NCBI GenBank assembly: GCA_032718475.1
Contig: JAUCBJ010008363.1
Location: forward strand, 293,056-357,055
DNA length: 64,000 nt
Origin: Nemertoderma westbladi
Taxonomy: Eukaryota > Animalia > Xenacoelomorpha
Direction: 5' to 3'
The notes beneath the pieces were generated by a model that was not told the DNA's origin, did not search any database, and was given only the letters and a program-made list of their open reading frames with translations. Position 1 is the first letter of the stretch; every line of letters starts with the position of its first letter. Position numbers and translations under genes: made by a program. Positions 1 through 12,400 of the stretch are shown here, in pieces.

Positions 1-628
1 GTCCTTGTTAGAAAATCAGGTCCATGCAACCAAAACTCCTGGGAGTCCTCCTGACAGAATTCCGCCGGCATAGCACCTCTCAAAGTTATGTCGGCCGGGT
101 TTAACACTCCCGGACAATGTCTCCATTGTTACTTCTTCGAAAAGTCGACGATCTGAGCGCATCTGTTGGCCACAAATGTCTTTAGTGCAATATTTTCGGC
201 TGCAATGTATACTAACACCAAGGATGCGTCCATCCAATAGAATAAGGTCAATGTCGTGTCTAACTCCTCTATTATCTGCTTACTTACCTCGACTGAGACT
301 ACTGCTGCCTGTAACTCTGCACGAGGGACAGTCATGTATTTGACCGGCATTGTCTTTGATCTAGAAGTCACAAAGGCCGTCTCAAACTTGTCCTGACTTA
401 CCTCTCGGCGAAGGAAGGCTACCATACCAAAGCCGGTGTCACTTGCGTCTCTAAATAAATGCAGTTTGAGATCAGCTGGAAATACCAGCTGATTCGGAAA
501 GTAGGAGTGGGGTACATCTATAATTTTCAATAGATGCAACTCGGTTTCCCACTCTCTCCACTGCTTTGCATGTATAGGGGATATTGGTTTGTCCCACTCT
601 AAGTCGGACAACCAAATTTTCCTCATTT
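1..628 (-). pseudogene. Element A RNase H (Pao-type) region, disrupted
   Basis: ORF 129-626 has LHLFRDASD, RAELQAA, YWMDA, FVANR; reading through the TAA at 129-131 gives QWRHCPGVLNPADITLRG...WLHGPDFL, matching element B (QWRHCPGTINPADIASRG...WLGGPDFL). Confidence 0.92.
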
Positions 629-2181
629 TTATACTCGTGCCTGTAATATTACCGGGCTGATAAAGTTCATTGGGTCAAATAGTCTACTCATTGTCGATAA
701 GCAGATTCTCTTGGTCAAAACTTTGTCTGGACTACTGGGCTCAAACCTTACTCTCACCTGGAACTTGTCCTTGTTCGGATTCCAAGTGAGTCCCAATACT
801 CGCGCCATGGGGATGGGTTCTACCCCTAATTCTATGTCTCCGCTCCCGCGATCTTTCACCGGGAACGACTCTAATAGGGCCTCTGAGTTGGTAGTGAACT
901 TGGTCAGAGGAAAACCCCCTGTAGCCAAGCACTCCTGTAGGCCGTGAGCCACTTTTATGGCTTGTTCCGCTGTGTCCTTGGACACCAATCCGTCGTCCAT
1001 GTAGAAATTTCTCAAGATGGATTCAATAACGTCTACTGGATACTTACCAATCTGGGCCGTTGCCGTTTTCTTTAGAACAAACAGCGTGCCGTTGGGACTA
1101 TCGCGGGCACTGAATATCCTGACATACATCTGGTATGTAACCACTGGGCCGGATAGGTCTTCATTCTCATACCAGAGAAATCTGAGACTATCCTGGTCTG
1201 CCTTGCAGGCTCTTACCTGGTGGAACATCGCCTCGATGTCGCAAGTAAACGCGAATCGCCGCTGTCTAAAGCACAACAGTATTCCTATCAAATAATTATT
1301 CAAGTTTGGACCATCCATCAACTCTGAGTTCAGGGACATACCTCTATAGACTGCTGCGCATTCGTTGACTACTCGGACCTTGTCTGGTTTGTCAGGGTGA
1401 GTCACATAGTGGTGTGGAAGGTAATAAGTCTGGTCCGTCACTAAGTCCGGGTCCTCTACCTTCCCAGCAAATCCCTTTGCAAAATAGTTGTTTATCTGGA
1501 CGCAATACTTCTCCCTATCGTCTGGATTCTTCAGCAACCGAGCCCTTACTCCATTCAATCTTTTCAAGGCTAAGTTGTAGTTGTTCTCCAACTTAGGAGG
1601 TTGTCGACGCCACAACATTCCAACTTCAAAATGTCCTGTTGGTAGCAGACGTATGGTATCTTCCATCATCTCCAGCGACCGTTTCTCATCAGTGGACATG
1701 GTTAGGTCATACCCACCAGGTTCCATTGCATCCCTATCCATCCATTCGAAGGTTCTAGCTCCTGTCTCGAGGTCTTGGCGTATCAATTCCTTCTGCAATT
1801 CTTCCTCACTGTATTGGAAAATGTCGAGGTCTCGATATCTATCCACCTGACCCTCCACTATATCGGTATAAGTCAAAACGTTACTCAAATAGGTGGCGTG
1901 GGCCGCTGAACCAGACCCACGGGTCTGATAACAGTAGTCCTCGGGTTCACTATCTGTCCGGTCGTTATAAAGTGGTTCCGACAATCTATCATTATCGGGA
2001 ATCAACTCCTTGTCCGACTCGCTAACGTCACTATAGTGGTCAATACAGGTTCTCCTAAACTTGTCTATATCTGGTGGTTCTGCTAACGGTGGTTGAATTA
2101 TAGGCTGTACTCCTTCGTGTCTATCCTTTGGCATGTCGCCACCTGTAAACTCATAAGACATGGGTACTCGTGTATACCAAC
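629..2181 (-). pseudogene. Element A reverse transcriptase, frameshifted at both ends
   Basis: YYLPHHYV, KVRVV, SLNSELMDGPNL, DIEAMFHQV, YMDD, GGFPLTKF, VLGLTWN, FDP motifs. The RTILGWY motif (element B: RTRVGWY) is in this frame just upstream of 2161, showing a frameshift from the gag-PR ORF. Confidence 0.94.
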
Positions 2182-5100
2182 CTAATATAGTCCTATGGCG
2201 TGTGGTCCATTTACATGCGGCTCAGCTGGTCTCGTTTCCCATATTTGGTGTCCGATCAGCTGTTCTGCACCAATTAACATAGATACATTCCTATAACCTA
2301 CCTGGTGTCTCGGTACTCTGAGCTTGTCAAAATACTCCTGTGCTATGGGACTCATCGGTGGCACCTTACCTAACTGCCTGCCGAACCCTTTCATAGCTAG
2401 ACACTTGAATCCGTCTAATGGCAACGCCTTCCGTTCTTGTCGAGTGTGCTGGTCTCTCGGGAGTAGGGAGTCTAGTTCAACCGAAATCTTGTGTCCCTTG
2501 AGGTCCCCTACCCCGTGCATGGACTTTAACTCTATTTGGATCTCCTCTGCGTCCTGGAAGCTGGAAACGGCTCTCGCCACTTCCTCGTCGATATAAGATA
2601 ATGTGGACGCAGTGTCCAGCATCACATATATTCTCTTTGATCCCTTGTCTCCAGTAAGTTTCACCGGAATCACACTGAATATTTCCGTTGTGGCCGATGA
2701 TAAACACGTCCGTGCGCTGGTCGATGAACTATCCGCGGTGAAACCTTGGCAGGTCACCTCTCTTGCGCTCGCCTTGCCATCCTCGTCCGACGAACCTGGT
2801 TGATAACCATCGTCCTGGATGCTGGTGTACGTATTTTTCCTTATCGATACGGGATCTCTGCTCCCCTTCCTTTGAGGATTTCTCTGTAAGTAACAGTCTG
2901 TTGGGGTATGGAAATCCGCATGTAGCAACTTGTAATGTAATCTGCCGCATTCCATGCATCCGTCCTTACTGTTCGGGCACTGCCGCCGTACATGGCCTGG
3001 CGCAAGACATGCCCAACAGGTGTCCAACGTCCGCACTTGAACTCTTCTCTGTTCCGAAGTTAATTCTTTGAACTGTCTGCAACTATCTAACTTATGGTCG
3101 TCAGATCTTACCTCCTTTAGTAAACAGAATTGGCAACCTACAAATCCAACTGGCAACTCCTGTTGCTTTACCTTAGGTCTATCTGACCGCTCATTTGACC
3201 ATACTTGTGAGTCTGATCTAAAGGCAGGGGTACTCAAATTATATCTGTCTACTGAGTTAAAAGTTACAGTGGTTTTGTCATCGTCAAAACTTACCATTGA
3301 CTTACCGGTAACAGGTTTAGACTCTCTCATATTCTCCTCTGAGAAATTTGATTTCATCTCTGCTACCGCATCTGTGGCTATCATGTCATGGATATGTTGA
3401 AGTGTCAACACCTTACCTTGACCCTCCAACCTATTCTCTAATTTGCGCCATTTCTGTCGGTAACGCATGTTTAAACGTCTTATTTTGCTCTTTAAAACTT
3501 CGACGTAATCACCATGATGAGGTAGATTTACTGTCCTTAAGATGTCTAATGCGTTTGAAATAGCGTTCGCCAAGTTGAACAGCTCTAACGGAGTTGTAAT
3601 CCTTCCGCCTTTACCCAAGTCTTCCACTATCGACTGTGCCATCTTGGTTTTATTCCCGTAGATATTGCTAAGCGTCTTCATTGCTAACTCAAATGCTTAT
3701 TCATTGCCAACAAAGTTGTCAGCAATGGCTCTAGGTTCTCGATGGAGAATCTGAAGCAGATAGTTGAACTTCTCATTGGGAGTAAAGGTGCTGTTGGTCA
3801 GCTGTTCGTCGACATAGGTTTTGAACGTCCTCCAATGTCTATGGTTACCCATAAACTTCTGGGGTTGATGCGTCGGCAGTCCTTGCCTAGCAGCAAACTT
3901 ACCTATGACTCTAAGGGTTGCGTCGTTCCGGGTTAACAAATGGTTTAGTTCTGCAGGGTTATTAAGTCTGGTCTTTTCCCGGGGATTCAAACTTACCTGC
4001 TCCGCGTCGGTCCTTCTTTCCATACGGTTTTGGGACTTCTGACGTCTCATGTCTTCATCTTCATCGCTTGAGTCTGTGACAGTCCTCAGCGCTCGCGTTG
4101 ACCCAGGCTTCTTGTATATACCTAATTCCGCCTAATTCTCGAAGTTGGGATTATGAATCGTAGGGACAGGCGTTCTTACCTGGGGTCTATGTGGTATAGT
4201 TGCCTCCGATATGCGTACTCGTTGACTAGGTTGGACTTTATCTAATTCAGGCCTGCTAGGATTTGAATTACTTCTTACCTGGGCTGCTTCCTTTAACTGT
4301 AGGTTACTAAGCATGTCCGTTATAGGTTGGATGTGCGGCGATATAGCTTGCGCTAAACTGGCACTTAACTTATCCCTCGTAATAAATTCCTGGCTAGGGT
4401 TCTGTTGTATTGTTGGCTCTATCTGAGTAATCTGCTGTCTCTCATATGATCCCTCTTCCGGTTTAACCCGGAAGTTCTCCGTCGAACTGGGTCGGCGCTC
4501 CGTCCGCGTATTCCAAACCCACGGGTTCAGTTCCCTAATACTCGGCCTGTCGGAGTTTTTCTAAACTCCTCATTGTCTCATTCGGTATGTAGTGGTGCGG
4601 TGTCCTGGTGGTGCGGAACCTGCGCGATGGGTGAAGCACTAATACCAACTGGCGTGTGATATGTAGAGAATGGTTTAGCGATCCGTGTACTCGTAGTAGC
4701 TGGACCAGGTATAGGAATTCTGGTCGTCGTCGACTCGCGTATAGTCGGAGTTCTCGCCTCCTGTTCGGCCTTCTGCTGTGCAAACAGTTCTCGCAACTCA
4801 GTACCTACACTCGCCCCACATTCTTCGATCATTTGCATCCCCTTCTCAGCGATTTCATTCGCCTTCCTGGTCCGTTCTTCGCTCTCTAGGTTTAGTCACG
4901 CACTTTTCAACTGCGCCAACTTACATTGTTCTTCTTCCCTCGCAAGTCTCGCTGCGCTCTCTTCTTCCAGTCGCGCCTTCTCTTCGTACAATGCGCGTCA
5001 CTCTTTCTCAATCTCGAGTTCGCGTTCTTTGCACTCGCGTTTGAGTTTGAATTCGCGTTTCTTCAGTTCGCACTTGAATTGAAGTTCGCGTTCTTTCACT

Positions 5101-6371
5101 TCCCGTTCGCATTCAAGTTGGAGTTTGCGTTCTTTCTGTTCACGTTCAAGTTGGAGTTCGCGTTCTTTCTGTTTGCATTCGGCTTGAAGTTCCCGTTCCT
5201 TGCGCTTGCGTTTGGCTTGCTCACGCTACCTTATGCCCTCCAACTGGTGCAGCTTTGCGTCTAACTTATGTGTGCGCTCCCATTCCCGTTCGGCCACCTT
5301 CCGTACTTCCGATGCACGCAAAACCTCTGCCTGTTGTTTGTCTAGTCAGCGTCTTCTCTCCTCCGCCGAGTTGTGAGAAACAAGGGATCTAGCGCATATA
5401 ACCTTCCCTCGCGCATGACTAACCTGAGAATCGCCACTGTCTCTGGATGCGTCGTCGGGTGGAGTTAACGTCCTCTGTTGGATGTTGTCCATCGTCGGTA
5501 GCACCTGACCCGGTACCACCACTCCACTCTGCATCAACCAGCTGGTGACTTCCCTCTGATACTTTCGCTCTTCTTTATCTTGCGTTTCTTCCCGCTCCAC
5601 TAAGTTTCTCGACTCTGCGTCACTCACCTGAGTCGCCTGCGCTTGTGATGCCCATAGCAACCAGTTATCCGTCCTAACTCGTCGAAATCGCTCCGATAAC
5701 GCGCGGTGCTCTAACAAGGCTGCTAAAACCCTGTCGTAAACTCTCGTCGCCATCTCGCTCAACTGAGACTCCACTGCTCTCTTCGCTAGGACTGCAAGTT
5801 CCTCCGTCTGTTTGAATAACGCTGAGTTGTATCCCTTTCTAATCGCTACTAACCCTTCCCGTCCGATGTTACCAGAGTCGGCTAGCATCTTCCTTACCTT
5901 GTCCGTCGTCCGGGTTATATGTCCGGCGTGCGCGCAAAGTTTCTTTTTTATTGCTATGTCCAGTTGCTGTTCGCTTACCTGACTCACACTCGGTGGACTA
6001 GAGGGATTATTTCGGAAACTACGGGTACTCCTTACAGCCGCTGGGACCACAGCACTTACCATACCCACGGATCTGGAAACCGGGCTCCGGGCTCTCGCTT
6101 CTGCTACACTACTCTCCCTATCACTCATCTCTGGCTGGGCTGCTGTGCAATCCTTCCTTACAGTAGCGGTAGGGGATCCTAATACTATTACTTCACCTGG
6201 CTCATCCTCACTAGTTACTGTCTCGTCCCCCTGTTCACTTACGTCAGCATCACTCGCTGCGTCGTCATAGTCAGCATTGTCGTCAACAGTTATGTCTACA
6301 CTGTTATCAGTCGGCGGTCCGGCTGCCGTCTCATAACTGTCCTCTAGTGCCTCCTTGTCTGAGACACTCAT
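2182..6371 (-). pseudogene. Element A gag-protease, broken into ORFs 5346-6371, 4578-4838, 4132-4314, 3697-4050, 2182-3681
   Basis: Knuckles CQFC-X8-H-X4-C, CWAC-X4-H-X4-C and CMEC-X3-H-X4-H (Bel/Pao hallmark); FMGNHRHWRTF...EKFNYL gag core; protease MLDTAS; in-frame stops at 5346, 4132, 3697 and at least one frameshift. Confidence 0.9.
5000..5215 (-). repeat. Degenerate 33-bp coding minisatellite (ERELQLEREQK-like coiled coil) in element A gag
   Basis: Recurring gagttcgcgttcttt-like units about 33 bp apart; translates to E/R/K/Q/L-rich 11-aa repeats in the gag frame. Confidence 0.75.
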
Positions 6372-6775
6372 TGTCTAAGTATATAATTATTTGCCTTCCG
6401 GCTAAAATCTCACAAAATTCGAGATGTATATAAATTAATCGAAAATACGATTAAATTATTTGTCAAATAATTATTTTGGTCTCAAATGTCAAAATAAATT
6501 CGCAATATAATATTGTGAATTTAATAGGATATAGTTATAGCAAATACCAGTACAATATTTAAACAAAAATATTATTCTATAGCTATTATATAGCATTTAA
6601 ATACCGGTATGACACAAAATATTTTCTGAATCTAATTCAAAAAATTCAAAAAAATGAATTTGTCACGCAAAATATTTCTAACTTTATATATATATAGCTC
6701 AAAATCAATGTGATTTTATTTTTAAATATTATTTATATATCTACTAGCGCGTGGCTACACCTTCAGGTTGCGACA

Positions 6776-6791
6776 CTCTCTCTCTCTCTCT
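6776..6791. repeat. (CT)8 microsatellite in element A leader
   Basis: Direct reading of the ct run. Confidence 0.8.
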
Positions 6792-7743
6792 AACTGAGCG
6801 ATCCAAAACACCATGGCCAGCTAAACGTAACTATCCTAACTAATAAATTGAGTTCAGTTTCGCAGTTAAACAACCAGTAATTTTTTACTGCTTCCACAAA
6901 CACAATGGTACCAACAGAACAACCAACCTTGTTTGCTGTGAGATTCCACGTCCGCGTCCAAAGTTTCAGTCTTTTCACTGATTGCAAACCGAACCCGCAG
7001 GCCCACACAAACCCCAAAATCAGAAGCTCCGTCTCGCCATGTATCTCCAGATGGTATAAAACAACTAAGCAGTTATCTAACATACCGGTACAAAAAATCT
7101 AGATTTTATTATAAAACAATTTTGACCAAAACTGAATTCTCACAAACCTAGCTAAAATTTTCAAAAAACTTACTAATTTACAATTTATCCTAACGGCCCA
7201 AATGAATTACTGTATTCTGTGATTAGTAAACAAAAAGGATTATCACTGTTGCAAGGCAACAGCAAAATACAATGGTTCTTACTGTGTGTAGTACAGTAAG
7301 TCAAAGTGGTTCTTACTGTTAAACAGGGGCAATCAGGAGCGCGTTATTACTGCCGCACTGCTGCTAAACACAAAACTGCTTCTCACCGCTTGATGGCGCT
7401 AACCTGGCCGTCCGCTAATATATTTTACTAATTTTATACGGCTCCTGCAAATCGCTTGTTCCTTTCTCTGTTGATCGCTCAACAGAGAGCTAACTGTTCG
7501 AATCTATGAGACACGCGGGAATAACCAAAACAATAAACCCAAATCGGCTCCCTAAGCTACTTAAAACGAGTGCGGGTGACCTAGCCCTCGGAGTTCACTT
7601 ATCGCAAAATACTGGAATTCACTGGCTGAATCGTTGGATGTGAGAATGTTTTAATAATCTACGGGGACAGATCTATTACTTACCTAGGTGCCGAAACTTG
7701 GCCTTTGGTTGGTTTTAGACCAGCAAACTTACTACTGCTCTAC

Positions 7744-8205
7744 TGTATACTGGACACTGCTGTCAGCCCGTTGCCCCGCAATTTTCAAATAACCGCCTAG
7801 CGTGAATAGTCTACAGTATTCTAAAACAATTACTTAAACTACTCTCCGCTATGCTGCATACAAATTCTTATATTATTTTATCGCTAAATTAATTACAGTC
7901 ATAAATACAAATTTGCGTACTAATTACTAGATATTCCAGAATACGTACTTCTAATTTATTACGTACGGGGGCTTATACTATCAACAGTCTAAATACGGTA
8001 TTAATTTGACCTAATTAGCAACTAATAAGCATAAACTAAGAAATGGAAATCAATCAAAGGGAAAGGCGCCTATCTAAGCATTCACATTTAAGAATCAGGC
8101 ACTCTTTAGCAACACAAAGCAAATAGTGTAGCACTAAGTTAGTTGTACGGCAGATAGCGCTAACTACACCAATCAGCTAGTGCACTAAATACCCGTTGTT
8201 ATACC
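7744..8205 (-). repeat. Probable 5' LTR of element A (~460 bp)
   Basis: Minus-strand ends (G for T)GTATA...TATACA; AATAAA on minus at 7955-7960; abuts the satellite; short words (tcgctaaat, cgtactaa, ttacgtacg) shared with element B LTR. No partner LTR or clear PBS visible. Confidence 0.45.
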
Positions 8206-9493
8206 TGTTCTTTGCTTCGTCTTTCTCCAGGAGATGGATGAAATTTGATTCCGTTGGAACACCCCCTTTTTGAGGCTCTCAGAGTGGAGAGATAAGTAGC
8301 CTATCTCCCTGTTAATATTGTTGTGTTCTAGAATATTTATTATAGTTTCATCGTATTGCCATAGCGGCTGGAGCCGAAATTAATATGTAATGCAATAATT
8401 CACCTCAAATTTCTCAGCTATATTATGAATATAATGAGTATTAAATCCTTGTCAAAATCCTTGGTGTTTTTCAGCAATAATTTATTTAAATCTCCTTTGA
8501 TTTTTTACAAAAAACGACATCGATTTTCATATTTATAACTTCTAACCCACTCCACAAGATAAAGAATCTTCAATGAAAGTCAAAAGAGCAGGTAACACTT
8601 ACATTTATAGAAGTAATCAGCTGTTCTTTGCTTCGTCTTTCCCCTGGAGATGGATGAATGTTGATTGCGTCGGAACATCCCCTTTTTGAGGCTCTCAGAG
8701 TGAAGAGATAAGTAGCCTATTTCCCTGCTAATATTGTTCTGTTGTAGAATATTTATTATAGTTTCATCATATTGCCAAAGCGGCTGGAGCCGAAGTTAAT
8801 ATGTGATTCAATAATTCACCTCAAATTTCTCAGCTATTTCATGAATATAATGAGTATAAAATCCTTGTCAAAATTCTTTGGGTTTTTCAGCAATAATTTA
8901 TCAAAATATCCTCTGTTTTTTTTCAAAAACCGCATCGATTTTCATATTTATAACTTCTAACCCACTCCACGAGATAGAGAATCTTAAACGAAAGTCAAAA
9001 GAGCAGGTAACACTTACATTTATAGAAGTAATCAGCTGTTCTTTGCTTCGTCTTTCCCCTGGAGATGGATGAATTTTGATTGCGTCGGAACACCCCCTTT
9101 TTGAGGCTCTCAGAGAGTGAAGAGATAAGTAGCCTATTTCCCTGCTAATATTGTTCTGTTGTAGAATATTTATTATAGTTTCATCATATTGCCAAAGCGG
9201 CTGGAGCCGAAGTTAATATGAGATTCAATAATTCACCTCAAATTTCACAGCTATTTCATGAATATAATGAGTATTAAATCCTTGTCAAAATCCTTGGTGT
9301 TTTTCAGCAATAATTTATTAAAATCTCATTTGATTTTTTACAAAAAACAACATCGATTTTTATATTCATGACTTCTAACCCACTCCAAGAGATAGACAAT
9401 CCTCAATGAAAGTCAAAAGAGCAGGTAACACTTACATTTATAGAATTAATCAGCTGTTCTTTGCTTCGTCTTTCCCCAGGAGATGGATGAATT

Positions 9494-12400
9494 TTGATTG
9501 CGTCGGAACACCCCCTTTCTGAGGCTCTCAGAGTGGAGAGAAAAGTAACCTATCTCCCTGTTAATATTGTTGTGTTCTTGAATATTTATTATAGTTTCAT
9601 CGTATTGCCAAAGCGGCTGGAGCCGAAATTAATATGTAATGCAATAATACACCTCAAATTTCTCAGCTATTTCATGAATATAATGAGTATTAAATCCTTG
9701 TCAAAATCCTTGGTGTTTTTCAGCAATAATTTATCAAAATATCCTCTGATTTTTTTCAAAAACCACATCGATTTTGATATTTATAACTTCTAACCCACTC
9801 CTCAAGATAGAGAATCTTAAACGAAAGTCATAAGAACAGGTAACACTTTCATTTATAGAAGTAATCAGCTGTTATTTGCTTCGTCTTTCCCCAGGAAAAG
9901 GATGAAATTTGATTGCGTGGGAACACCCCCTTTCTGAGGCTCTCAGAGTGGAGAGAAAAGTAGCATATCTCCCTGTTAATATTGTTGTGTTCTAGAATAT
10001 TTATTATAGTTTCATCGTATTGCCAAAGCGGCTAGAGCCGAAGTTAATATGTGATACAATAACTTACCTCAAATTTATCAGCTATTTCATGAATATAATG
10101 AGTATTAAATCCTTGTCAAAATCCTTGGTGTTTTCAGCAATGATTTATTAAAATATCCTCAGATTTTTTACAAAAAACAACATCGGTTTTCATATTCATG
10201 ACTTCTATCCCAGTCCACAAGATGAAGAATCTTAAACAAAAGTCAAAAAACAGGTAACACTTACATTTATAGAAGTAATCAGCTGTTATTTGCTTCGTCT
10301 TTCCCCTGGAGATGTTTAAATTTTGATTGTGTCAAAACACCCCTCCCTATCTGTGGCTGTCTGAGTGGAGAGATAAGTAGCCTATCTCCCTGTTAATCTT
10401 GTTGTGTTCTAGAATATTTATTATAGTTTTATCGTATTGCCAAAGCGGCTGGAGCCAAGGTTAATATGTAATGCAATAATTTACCTCAAATATCTCAGCT
10501 ATTTCATGAATATAATGAAGTATTTAAGCCATGTCAAAATCTTCGGGGTTTTTCAGCAATAATTTATCAAAATATCCTCAGATTTTTTACAAAAAACGAC
10601 ATCGATTTTCATATTTATAACTTCTAACCCACTCCAAGAGATAGAGAATCTTAAACGAAAGTCATAAGAACAGGTAACACTTACATTTATAGAAGTAATC
10701 CGCTGTTATTTGCTTTGTCTTTTCCCAGGAGATGGATGAATTTTGATTTCGTCGAAACACCCCCTTTCCGAGGCTCTCAGAGTGGAGAGAAAAGTAGCCT
10801 ATCTCCCTGTTAATATTGTTGTGTTCTAGAATATTTATTATAGTTTCATCGTATTGAGAAAGCGGCTGGAACCGAAATTAATATGTAATGCAATAATTCA
10901 CCTCAAATTTCTCAGCTATTTCATGAATATAATGAGTATTAAATCCTTGTCAAAATCCTTGGTGTTTTTCAGCAATAATTTATTAAAATCTCCTTTTATT
11001 TTTTACAAAAAACGACATCGATTTTCATATTCATGACTTCTAACCCACTCCAAGAGATAGACAATCTTAAACGAAAGTCAAAAGAGCAGGTAACACTTAC
11101 ATTTATAGAAGTAATCAGCTCTATTCTTTGCTTCGCCTTTCCCCTGGAGATGGATGAATTTTTATTGCGTCGGAACACCCCGTTTTTGAGGCTCTCAGAG
11201 TGGACAGATAAGTATAGCCTTTTTCCCTGTTAATATTGTTCTGCTGTAGAATATTTATTATAGTTTCATCGTATTGCCAAAGCGGCTGGAGCCAAAGTTA
11301 ATATGTGATGCAATAATTCACCTCAAATTTCTGCTATTTCATTAATATAATGAGTATTAAATCCTTGTCAAAATCCTTGGTGTTTTTCAGCAATAATTTA
11401 TTAAAATTTCCTTTGATTTTTTACAAAAAACGACATCGATTTTGATATTCATGACTTCTAACCCACTCCAAGAGATAGACAATCTTAAACGAAAGTCAAA
11501 AGAACAGGTAACACTTACATTTATAGAAGTAATCAGCTATTCTTTGCTTCGCCTTTCTGGAGATGGATTAATTTTGATTCCGACGGAACACCCCCTTTTT
11601 GAGGCTCTAAGAGTGAAGAGATAAGTAGACTATTTCCCAGCTAATAGTGTTCTGTTGTAGAATATTTACTATAGTTTTATCGTATTGCCAAAGCGGCTGG
11701 AGCCGAAGTTAATATGTGATACAATAACTTACCTCAAATTTATCAGCTATTACATGAATATAATGAGTATTAATTCCTTGTCAAAATCCTTGGTGTTTTC
11801 AGCAATAATTTATTAAAATATCCTCAGATTTTTTACAAAAACCGACATCGATTTTCATATTCATGACTTCTAACCCACTCCAAGAGATAGACAATCTTAA
11901 TCGAAAGTCAAAAGAACAGGTAACACTTACATTTATAGAAGTAATCAGCTGTTCTTTGCTTCGTCTTTCCCCTTGATATGGATGAATTTTCATTGCGTCG
12001 GAACACCCCCTTCTTGAGGCTCTCAGAGTGAAGAGAAAAGTAGCCTATCTCCCTGTTAATATTGTTGTGTTCTAGAATATTTATTATAGTTTCATCGTAT
12101 TGCCAAAGCGGCTGGAGCCGAAGTTAATATGTGATACAATAATTCACCTCAAATTTCTCAGCTATTTCATGAATATAATGAGTATTAAAGCCATGTCAAA
12201 ATCCTTGGGGTTTTTTAGCAATAATTTATCAAAATATCCTCTGATTTTTTTCAAAAACCACATCGATTTTGATATTTATAACTTCTAACCCACTCCACGA
12301 GATAGAGAATCTTAAACGAATGTCATAAGAACAGGTAACACTTTCATTTATAGAAGTAATCAGCTATTCTTTGCTTCGCCTTTCCCCTGGAGATGGATGA

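Larger units (their letters stand above)
1..8205 (-). mobile_element. Bel/Pao LTR retrotransposon, element A (decayed; 3' part lies beyond the left window edge)
   Basis: Domain order gag (three Zn knuckles), protease, RT, RNase H on the minus strand, preceded by a ~1.4-kb leader and an LTR-like segment abutting the satellite; several stops and frameshifts. Confidence 0.93.

Noticed and set aside
2161-2200. Programmed gag-pol frameshift in element A
   Set aside because: Bel/Pao elements normally have one ORF, element B is continuous at the same motif, and A has many other lesions.
4926-5264. Phe-rich plus-strand ORF, and other antisense ORFs over gag/pol such as 55682-56287 and 61239-61568
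   Set aside because: Antisense shadows of the retrotransposon frames.
7700-7743. Primer-binding site for element A (and near 58293 for element C)
   Set aside because: No TGG-initiated tRNA-complementary run directly next to the inferred LTR ends could be identified.
8630-8647. CENP-B box in the monomer (cttcgtctttcccctgg)
   Set aside because: Only TTCG matches; the required A and CGGG are missing.
8590-8850. Monomer as an ancient 2 x 208-bp dimer
   Set aside because: Only a short tcagct/attt echo about 213 bp apart; too weak without an alignment.
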